Of a stretch of 64,000 nucleotides of DNA, positions 57,020 through 64,000 are shown piece by piece. A program made the position numbers and the translations under genes. The stretch is from assembly GCA_030426465.1 (NCBI GenBank), contig JAUHYK010000008.1:4756-68755 (forward strand), given 5' to 3'. The stretch comes from Alphaproteobacteria bacterium (GTDB lineage Bacteria; Pseudomonadota; Alphaproteobacteria; Caulobacterales; Parvularculaceae). Every line of letters begins with the position of its first letter. The stretch's first letter is position 1. The notes beneath the pieces were generated by a model, which saw nothing but the letters and a program-made list of their open reading frames with translations, did not search any database and was not told the origin of the DNA.

Positions 57020-57243
57020 TGTCGATTTCCGTCAAACTTGATCGGGTTTTGCTCGACCGCGGCATGTCGCTGACGGAGCTCTCCGAACGGGTGGGCGTGA
57101 CGATCGCCAATCTTTCCATTCTCAAAACCGGCAAGGCGAAAGCGATCCGCTTTTCGACGCTTGAAGCTATCTGCAAGGAGCTAGATTGCCAGCCGGGGGA
57201 TATTCTTTTCTTCGACGATGACGGCAAGACAACCGCTGATTAG
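57019..57243 (+). CDS. Cro/C1-type HTH regulator (YozG-like), module 2
   Basis: KLDRVL, TIANLSILKTGKAKAIRFSTL, CQPGDIL. Confidence 0.93.
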   Translation: MSISVKLDRVLLDRGMSLTELSERVGVTIANLSILKTGKAKAIRFSTLEAICKELDCQPGDILFFDDDGKTTAD

Positions 57244-57248
57244 CCAAC

Positions 57249-58541
57249 CTATTGATACGGCGCCGCGGCGGGGTCGCTGGTCGCTTCTTCCGGAACGTCC
57301 TCCGCATGGGGCGCGATCGCTGCGCCGACCTTCCGGCTTCTCCAGACAAAAACAAGCAAGAATATCGCGAGCGTGGTCGACAGGATGAACGGCGCCTGCG
57401 GCGTGTGGGCGTAAAGCCAGAAAGCAATGGCCGGCGAGACGATAAAGCCCGACGCTGTCGCTGCGCCGGCAAGGCCAATGGCGCCGCCCTGTTCATCAGG
57501 CTCGACAGCAAGGGAGGCGGCGGCGGTCACTGCGGGGAACGCCATGCCCGATCCGAGACCGCTCGCCACCATGCCGAGAACCACGGGCCAGAGGTGATCG
57601 GACAGAAGGATTGTCAAATGGCCAGCAATCATCAGCGCCGGGGCGATGCGCATGAGCCGCGCCGGGGAAAGACGCAGACGCTGCACGATCACGAGCTGCG
57701 CAAAGAGCGAGGCCATGGCGCCGGCGGTCAGCCCGATGCTGACATACGCGGGCGCCTCGACGGTTGAATAGCCGAGCCGGTCGATAAAATAAAACGCGAT
57801 AGTCTGGATCGGAATGGCGTTGATGACGGAGAAAGTCAGCGCCGTGATGAGGAAGGCTGTCAGGCGTTCATCACCGAGCTTGACGCGTTTTCCATGCTTG
57901 CGCTGTGTCGGCCCGGTGCGTTCCGGAAGGAAGGCGAACACCGCGAGCATCATCACGAAGCCCAGCGCCGAGGCGGCGAAAAACGGAACGATGCGCCCAA
58001 GAAGCGACGCCGCCGCGCCGAAGCCGGGGCCGAGCATGGCGCCGAAGCCGAACGCTGCAGAAAATCCGGCGATGCCCGCGGTGCGGTCATGCTTTGAGGT
58101 GCGGTCGGCGATATAGGCTTGCGCGGCCGGGGGCCCCGCGGAGCCGACAAGGCCGTAAATGCTGCGCGTCGCCACCAGAAGCAGATAAAGCGGCAGGCCG
58201 GAAAAAGCGCCCGCGAGCCCGAGCATGATGGAGCCGCCGAAAAGCGACATGGACACCGCATAGCCGATCATGCCGACCAGGATAAACGGCTTGCGGCCTC
58301 GCTGGTCGCTCATCCGCCCCCAGATCGGTCCGGTGAAGACCCAGGCGGTGGCCGAGACAGCGAAGATCGCGCCGACCTGAAAATTCGACAGGCCGATTTC
58401 CCGCGCCAGCGGCGGCAGAACTGAAAAGACAATGGTCTGGCCCATGCCGGCGCAGACGGCGCCCACCAAGAGGAGCGCGATGGCGATCCTGCGTTGTGTG
58501 GCGGTGGTCGCGCTCGCGGCCGGCGGCGCTGATGAAGTCAT
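57249..58541 (-). CDS. MFS transporter (DHA1/TetA-like)
   Basis: WGRMSDQRGRK motif A; 12 hydrophobic segments. Confidence 0.92.
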   Translation of the reverse strand: MTSSAPPAASATTATQRRIAIALLLVGAVCAGMGQTIVFSVLPPLAREIGLSNFQVGAIFAVSATAWVFTGPIWGRMSDQRGRKPFILVGMIGYAVSMSLFGGSIMLGLAGAFSGLPLYLLLVATRSIYGLVGSAGPPAAQAYIADRTSKHDRTAGIAGFSAAFGFGAMLGPGFGAAASLLGRIVPFFAASALGFVMMLAVFAFLPERTGPTQRKHGKRVKLGDERLTAFLITALTFSVINAIPIQTIAFYFIDRLGYSTVEAPAYVSIGLTAGAMASLFAQLVIVQRLRLSPARLMRIAPALMIAGHLTILLSDHLWPVVLGMVASGLGSGMAFPAVTAAASLAVEPDEQGGAIGLAGAATASGFIVSPAIAFWLYAHTPQAPFILSTTLAIFLLVFVWRSRKVGAAIAPHAEDVPEEATSDPAAAPYQ

Positions 58542-58673
58542 AAAGCTGGGTTCTCCGAAGGCTCACTCACCACGACCGCAGCTAGTTTGCAATCATCCAT
58601 GGCGCCCAATGTCGGCCTTGCGGCGTTTCGACTTCACCCGTTAAGCTGCAGCGACTTATAGAGGGAGGCACCG

Positions 58674-59165
58674 ATGGAAGGGTCTTTTTCTGCTGAAGGC
58701 GGCTGCGCCTGCAGACAAGTGCGCTATCGCCTGACGGCCCCGCCATTATTCGTCCATTGCTGCCATTGCCGCTGGTGTCAGCGCGAGACCGGGGCCGCCT
58801 TCGCCCTGAACGCGATGGTGGAAATGGATTGCGTCGAAATGCTGGGCGCCGACACGGTCTGCGTCGACACGCCATCAGAGAGCGGGCGGGGGCAAAAGAT
58901 CCATCGCTGTCCCGACTGCAATGTCGCCTTATGGAGCCATTATGGCGGGGCGGGGCCGGCTATCGCTTTCATCCGTGTGGGAACGCTTGACGACCCGGAT
59001 CAGGTTCCCCCTGATATCCAGATTTTCACCGCCTCGAAACAGCCATGGGTGGAGCTTTCTCATGCGATGCCGGCGGTAAAGGGCTATTACAAGATGAGTG
59101 AGTATTGGCCGGAGGAGAGCATTGCGCGCCTCAAGGCCGCCAAGGAAGCGTTTACGGCGAAATAG
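58674..59165 (+). CDS. GFA/CENP-V family zinc-binding protein
   Basis: [24 protein letters not shown]. Confidence 0.92.
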   Translation: MEGSFSAEGGCACRQVRYRLTAPPLFVHCCHCRWCQRETGAAFALNAMVEMDCVEMLGADTVCVDTPSESGRGQKIHRCPDCNVALWSHYGGAGPAIAFIRVGTLDDPDQVPPDIQIFTASKQPWVELSHAMPAVKGYYKMSEYWPEESIARLKAAKEAFTAK

Positions 59166-59242
59166 GTTTGCCGGGCGGTTGCTGCCGCCCAATTGCGGGC
59201 CAATTGCGCGGTTGGGCTCAAACGCCTATATCCCCGGCCATC

Positions 59243-60373
59243 ATGACTGAACTCGACCTCTCCGCGCGGCCCGCAACAGCAGGGCTTCAAAATCTCGCTG
59301 GCATGACCCGTGGCGAGATCGCGGCGCAATTGCGCGATGCGTTCGGGCTTGATGAGAAAAAGGCGCGCATGCGCGGCGCCCAGATCTGGCGCTGGATTTA
59401 TGTGGCCGGCGCAACCGACTTCGCGGCCATGACAATGCGCGCCGAACTTGCCGGGCGGTTCGTTGTGGCGCGGCCTGAGGTGACGGAGCGTCTTGTCTCT
59501 GTTGACGGCACGCGAAAATATCTCATCCGCCTCGGCCCCGGCGTTGAAGTCGAGTGCGTTTACATCCCCGATGTGGGGCGCGCGGGCGCGCTCTGTGTCT
59601 CGTCACAGGTTGGCTGCACGCTCGCCTGCACATTCTGTCATACGGGCACGCAGAAACTTGTGCGCAATTTGACGTCGGCTGAAATCGTCAATCAGGTGAT
59701 GGCGGTCAAGGACGATCTCGAAGAATGGCCCTCCGGCGGCGACGACCGGCGTCTTTCCAATATCGTCTTCATGGGCATGGGCGAGCCGCTTTATAATCTC
59801 GATCATGTCGAACGCGCGATTGACGTTATCTCCGCCGATGACGGGATTTCGATCTCGCGCCGCCGCATCACTGTGTCGACGTCCGGCGTCGTGCCGGAAA
59901 TGCACCGGCTCGGCGCGGAAACCTCGGCGATGCTTGCGATCTCGCTTCACGCCACCAATGACGTCCTGCGTGACGAGCTAGTGCCGATCAACAGGAAATA
60001 TCCGATCAAGGAACTGATGAACGCGTGTCGCGCTTACCCCGGTCTTTCCAATGCGCGCCGCATCACCTTTGAATATGTGATGCTAAAGGGCGTTAATGAC
60101 AGCGACGCCGAAGCGCGGGCGCTGGTGCGTCTTCTCAAGGGCGTTCCGGCGAAGATCAATCTGATCCCGTTCAACCCGTGGCCGGGCGCGCCATATGAAT
60201 GTTCAAGCTGGGAGCGGATCGAAGGCTTCGCCGACATCATCTCGCGCGCCGGCTACGCCTCGCCGATTAGGACTCCCCGTGGACGCGATATTTTCGCCGC
60301 TTGCGGACAGTTGAAGTCGGAGAGCGTCAAGAAACGTGCGAGCGAAGCGCGTAAAGAGCGAATGGCTCTGTAA
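59243..60373 (+). CDS. rlmN: Dual-specificity 23S rRNA/tRNA m2A methyltransferase
   Basis: [39 protein letters not shown]. Confidence 0.97.
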   Translation: MTELDLSARPATAGLQNLAGMTRGEIAAQLRDAFGLDEKKARMRGAQIWRWIYVAGATDFAAMTMRAELAGRFVVARPEVTERLVSVDGTRKYLIRLGPGVEVECVYIPDVGRAGALCVSSQVGCTLACTFCHTGTQKLVRNLTSAEIVNQVMAVKDDLEEWPSGGDDRRLSNIVFMGMGEPLYNLDHVERAIDVISADDGISISRRRITVSTSGVVPEMHRLGAETSAMLAISLHATNDVLRDELVPINRKYPIKELMNACRAYPGLSNARRITFEYVMLKGVNDSDAEARALVRLLKGVPAKINLIPFNPWPGAPYECSSWERIEGFADIISRAGYASPIRTPRGRDIFAACGQLKSESVKKRASEARKERMAL

Positions 60374-60682
60374 CTACGCCTTATCTTTCCCTCTCGCCTC
60401 GAACGCCGCCATCTGCTCCGGCGTCGCTTTCTTCTGGTGTTTCTCTTTCCACTCAGAATAGGGCATGCCGTAGACGCGCTCGCGGGCTTCGTCTTTCGTC
60501 ATCGACACGCCTTCCGCTTCCGCTGCTTCACGTTGCCAGTCGCCGAGGCAGTTGCGGCAGAAATCGGCGAGGATCATCAGGTCGATATTCTGCACATCCG
60601 GGCGGTTCTGAAGATGCGAAACGAGGCGCCGGAATGTGGCGGCGTCGAGTTTTTCCTGAAGCTCCGGCGAAATCTCGGTCAT
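60374..60682 (-). CDS. DUF1244 family protein
   Basis: AATFRRLV.HL, DVQNIDLM, FCRNCL, YGMPY. Confidence 0.9.
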   Translation of the reverse strand: MTEISPELQEKLDAATFRRLVSHLQNRPDVQNIDLMILADFCRNCLGDWQREAAEAEGVSMTKDEARERVYGMPYSEWKEKHQKKATPEQMAAFEARGKDKA

Positions 60683-60737
60683 GGGGTTTATCCTCAAAAT
60701 CAGTTTTCGTTCTTTGGCCTAAAGTGTATTGAGCCTC

Positions 60738-61157
60738 ATGGCGATTTCAATTGGCGATATCACAATTCCCGACTGGGAGCTTGTTGAGACTTTCATCCGC
60801 GCTTCCGGGCCCGGCGGACAGAATGTCAACAAGGTCGCGAGCGCAGTGCAGCTGCGTTTCCATGTCGGGAACTCGCCGTCGCTGAGCGATGCTGTGAAGG
60901 CGCGGCTCAAATCCATTGCCGGGCGACGCATGACCCGCGAGGGTGAACTTGTGATCGAGGCGAAGCGGTTCCGCTCTCAGGAGCAAAACCGCGAAGACGC
61001 CCGAGAGCGCCTCGCTGCGCTGATTGAGCGCGCTGCGACGCCGCCGAAGAAAAGGGTCAAAACCCGCGTGACGCCGAGCCAGAAACGAAAGCGCCTCGAC
61101 GACAAGCGCCGCCGCGCCGAGATAAAAGCAGGCAGGACGAGAGTGACGGGCGATTAG
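60738..61157 (+). CDS. arfB: Alternative ribosome rescue peptidyl-tRNA hydrolase
   Basis: RASGPGGQNVNKV, RSQEQNR, basic C-terminal tail. Confidence 0.96.
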   Translation: MAISIGDITIPDWELVETFIRASGPGGQNVNKVASAVQLRFHVGNSPSLSDAVKARLKSIAGRRMTREGELVIEAKRFRSQEQNREDARERLAALIERAATPPKKRVKTRVTPSQKRKRLDDKRRRAEIKAGRTRVTGD

Positions 61158-61230
61158 TCGCGACGGGCCCTCTCCCTTTTCCGCTGCGCCCATGCCACGA
61201 TAGGCGCGCCTGGAGGCGACGGATTTTACG

Positions 61231-61950
61231 ATGAAACTTAACCCGACTCTCGACCCGAAAGAGCTGAATGAGCGCTACAAGGCGCTGGGTCGTATCTCGA
61301 TCCCAAAGGTGCTTGACGCCGAGGATGCAAAGGCGCTGCGCAAGGCGATCGACAGGGAGCCCCATAAAAATCTTGTCTTCTTCGCCAATGGCAAGCATTT
61401 CGATATCGATGCAGCCGGTTGGCGCGAGCTTGACGACGAAAAGGTCGGCACGACGGAAGACATTATCTATGTCGAGGCGCAGAAGGGTTTTTCCTATTAC
61501 TACGAAAACATTCCCGTCTATGACCGTTGGAAAGCGGGAACCGATCTCGGGGCTCAACTGAAAGCGGCGGTAGAGTTTTTAAACGCCGAGCCGTTCCTGA
61601 GTTTCGTGCGCCGCGTCACCGGTTTTGACGACATCGCCTTCGCCGATGCACAGGCGACGCTTTACGGTCCCGGGCATTTCCTCACGCTTCACAATGATGC
61701 GGTGGAAGGTAAAAACCGCCGCGCCGCCTTCGTGTTGAATCTGACGAAGGAATGGCGCGAGGATTGGGGCGGCTATCTTAATTTTTTCGACGAGGACGGG
61801 CATATTGAAGGCGCTTTCATGCCGTCCTTTAATACACTGAACATGTTTTCGGTGCCGGCGGCCCATTCGGTGGGGTTTGTATCCCCCTTTGCCGGTGAGA
61901 CGCGAGTATCGGTCACAGGCTGGCTGCGCGCCGGCGTCGATCAGGATTAA
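61231..61950 (+). CDS. 2OG-Fe(II) oxygenase (prolyl-hydroxylase-like)
   Basis: GHFLTLHND (HxD), WGG, HSV, RVSVTGW. Confidence 0.88.
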   Translation: MKLNPTLDPKELNERYKALGRISIPKVLDAEDAKALRKAIDREPHKNLVFFANGKHFDIDAAGWRELDDEKVGTTEDIIYVEAQKGFSYYYENIPVYDRWKAGTDLGAQLKAAVEFLNAEPFLSFVRRVTGFDDIAFADAQATLYGPGHFLTLHNDAVEGKNRRAAFVLNLTKEWREDWGGYLNFFDEDGHIEGAFMPSFNTLNMFSVPAAHSVGFVSPFAGETRVSVTGWLRAGVDQD

Positions 61951-61978
61951 TAGACAAGTTTTTCGGAAGAGACCTTCT

Positions 61979-62728
61979 ATGGACAGAGCGGCGAGTATCG
62001 AAGAACAGCGTGCGGAATATGAAAGGCGTGGATGGACCATGGCGCGCAAGGTCATGCCTGTCGAAGTCGCTGACGCGACGCTGTACAAGTTTCAGCAGGA
62101 GCTGGGCGGCGACTGGGAAAGCTATCAGGGCGATTACATCAAGACTTTTCTGACTGACAAGAAAGCCTATGAGTGTTACTCCTTCGACTACACGCCCATG
62201 GCGATGCTGCAATGGGGGCTGACCTCTTATATGTCGACCGTTGTCGGCAAGGATCTGTTGCCTTCGCATGCTTATTTCCGCGTCTATCGTCAGGGGGATG
62301 TCTGTCATCTTCACAGCGACGCCATGAATTGCGAGCACGCCATGTCGCTGACGCTCGGTTATTCCAATGATTATATCTGGGAACTGAATATCAGTGATAA
62401 ATATTATGATGCTAAAGAGCGGCGGCCCGCGGATATCGCCAATGAAGAAGGCGATATCAGGCTGCATGGCGCACCCATGGGGATTGGCGACGCGGTCATC
62501 TATAACGGTATCAATTATTTGCATGGCCGGATTAGTCCGAACCCCAATCGCTGGTCGGCGCATATCTTTTTTCACTGGGTTGATCGTGCGGGCAGCTTCG
62601 CCAAATATGCATTTGATGAAAAATGGCGCGATGTGGTGCGTCAGGCGGATTTCAAATTCCCCGACGACGACGCGCCGGAAAAGGTCAATCCGAACCGCGC
62701 CGAAATGGTGAAAGAGCGCGGGCGATAG
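61979..62728 (+). CDS. Divergent 2OG-Fe(II) oxygenase-like protein
   Basis: YFRVY, HLHSD..CE, GDAVIY.G, LHGR, FFHWVD. Confidence 0.7.
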   Translation: MDRAASIEEQRAEYERRGWTMARKVMPVEVADATLYKFQQELGGDWESYQGDYIKTFLTDKKAYECYSFDYTPMAMLQWGLTSYMSTVVGKDLLPSHAYFRVYRQGDVCHLHSDAMNCEHAMSLTLGYSNDYIWELNISDKYYDAKERRPADIANEEGDIRLHGAPMGIGDAVIYNGINYLHGRISPNPNRWSAHIFFHWVDRAGSFAKYAFDEKWRDVVRQADFKFPDDDAPEKVNPNRAEMVKERGR

Positions 62729-62922
62729 AGCGCCGGGCGAAAAAGGGAAAGCCGGTTTTGCGTCTTGCCGGTGTGATTAATAAAACTTAGATCGTCAGGG
62801 CGATTCTCACTGAACGCCCGATGACCCAGTCCCCTATAATATTTGGTAAGCCGGTCGCGCGGACGGAGAAATGCGCCTAGACTGCCCTTGGCTATTTGAT
62901 TCACCAAAGGGGAGTTTCTGGT

Positions 62923-63501
62923 ATGAAAAAATTTATAATGGCGATTGGCGCTGTATTGCTGCTTGCGGCGGGCCCGGCTTTCGCGGGGGATACGGCGCTG
63001 ACTGCGGATGCCGCGAAACGCTTTGTCGCTTCGCTGCCTTCTGTAGAGAGTCTCGGCAAAAAGCTTGAAGCCGAAGGCCGGACAGATGAAATGCGCGTCG
63101 ATACCCAGCCCAAGCCGGGCGAAGAATTCAAGCCCTTTTCCAACGCCGTGAAGGCGCTGAAAATGAAACATCCTTCCGATTACGGAGAGCTTTCTTCAGC
63201 GGTAAAACCTCATGGTTTCAATCCGGAGGATTGGGGTCTTGCCGGCGACAAGGTGATGATCGCTTATATGGCGCTTAAAATGGATAAGGAGAATCCAGGC
63301 GTCATGGCGCAAATGGAGGCGATCGACCCGGAAATGCTCAAGATGATGCCGCCGGAAATGAAGGCGCAAATGGAGCAGGTGAAAATGATGATGGAGACGG
63401 TCGCCGACGCCTCGCCGGAAGACAAGAAGGCCGTGGCGGAAGTGGAAGATGAGCTTGACGCCTATATGGAAAACCAGGCTGAGCGGCAATCCACCCACTA
63501 A
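62923..63501 (+). CDS. Secreted Met-rich helical hypothetical protein
   Basis: GGGGAG SD, signal peptide ending AFA-G, terminator downstream. Confidence 0.75.
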   Translation: MKKFIMAIGAVLLLAAGPAFAGDTALTADAAKRFVASLPSVESLGKKLEAEGRTDEMRVDTQPKPGEEFKPFSNAVKALKMKHPSDYGELSSAVKPHGFNPEDWGLAGDKVMIAYMALKMDKENPGVMAQMEAIDPEMLKMMPPEMKAQMEQVKMMMETVADASPEDKKAVAEVEDELDAYMENQAERQSTH

Positions 63502-63525
63502 GCTTTCACAAGCTTTTGCGAACAG

Positions 63526-63565
63526 AGCCCGGACGTGGTTTGATCCCGTCCGGGCTTTTTATTTT
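63526..63565 (+). terminator. Intrinsic terminator
   Basis: AGCCCGGACG...CGTCCGGGCT followed by TTTTATTTT. Confidence 0.85.
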
Positions 63566-63587
63566 ACATTGTGACGCGGGACGACTG

Positions 63588-64000
63588 ATGAAACATATGA
63601 TTGCGGCGATGGCGGGCGGTTTCGGGCTGCTCTCAGGCGCATTTGCAAATGATACTGAGGCTGCGGTGGCGGCGGCGCGCGACTGGCGCGCGGCGCATGG
63701 AGCCGAGATTCTCAACGGGTTTGTTGATCTGCTGTCACTTCCCAATGACGCTAATGATGCGGAAAATATTCGCCGCAACGCGGACTATATCAGCGGTCTT
63801 TTTAAAGAGCGCGGTTTTCAAATGGAGTTGCTGGAGAGCGATGAGGCGCCGCCTTTGATATATGGCCTTCGCGAGACACCGGACGCCGAGCGCACGATCG
63901 CTATCTATGTTCATTATGACGGGCAGCCGACGGAGCCTGCGGAATGGACCCATCCGCCTTTCCAGCCGCGCCTCTATTCGCGTGCGATGACCGAAGGCGG
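63588..64000 (+). CDS. M20/M25/M40 family peptidase, 3'-truncated by window edge
   Basis: Signal peptide, IYVHYDGQP, EW..PPF.P; open to the window end. Confidence 0.8.
   Translation, partial: MKHMIAAMAGGFGLLSGAFANDTEAAVAAARDWRAAHGAEILNGFVDLLSLPNDANDAENIRRNADYISGLFKERGFQMELLESDEAPPLIYGLRETPDAERTIAIYVHYDGQPTEPAEWTHPPFQPRLYSRAMTEG

Noticed and set aside
62777-62791. CtrA-like TTAA...TTAG upstream of the Met-rich protein
   Set aside because: Spacer is 6 nt rather than 7 and the second half-site is imperfect
1-64000. CRISPR arrays, tRNA/rRNA genes, IS elements, integrases, prophage or defence genes
   Set aside because: None recognised by eye: no regularly spaced repeats, and no transposase, recombinase or Cas motifs in the ORFs

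Overview
A 64-kb, GC-rich chromosomal segment of an alphaproteobacterium. Gene order, the fabA-fabB-fabI block, CtrA boxes and a VPLPA-CTERM gene suggest a Caulobacterales/Parvularculales-like lineage (inference). The backbone is housekeeping: miaB-phoH-ybeY-corC-lnt-XRE-metK-trmB, ttcA, rimP-nusA-ylxR-infB-rbfA-truB-rpsO-pnp, fabA-fabB-fabI, rdgB-hemW-moeB, rlmN and arfB. These conserved operons are repeatedly interrupted by accessory genes: a GT8-like and two GT61-like glycosyltransferases, a GNAT, an SDR and an NDM-like subclass B1 metallo-beta-lactamase lipoprotein. The best candidate for an undescribed system lies at 55.8-57.25 kb. A sigma70-type promoter overlapped by TTATCG-W5-CGATAA boxes precedes a ~285-nt leader that is almost U-free (11 T, ~117 A, counted by hand) and folds into multiple hairpins. 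The leader is followed by two coupled micropeptides missing from the ORF track (44-aa transmembrane; 51-aa secreted with a CxxxxC loop), then a DUF2975 membrane protein and a Cro/C1 HTH regulator. A second DUF2975-HTH module at 33 kb carries the same box and faces a CAAX/Abi protease. Several other sub-60-aa ORFs, a probable CTG start for ylxR and a 5-residue gap in RlmN were also found. No tRNA, rRNA, CRISPR array, IS or integrase was recognised. All family calls are by eye from motifs; no database search was run.
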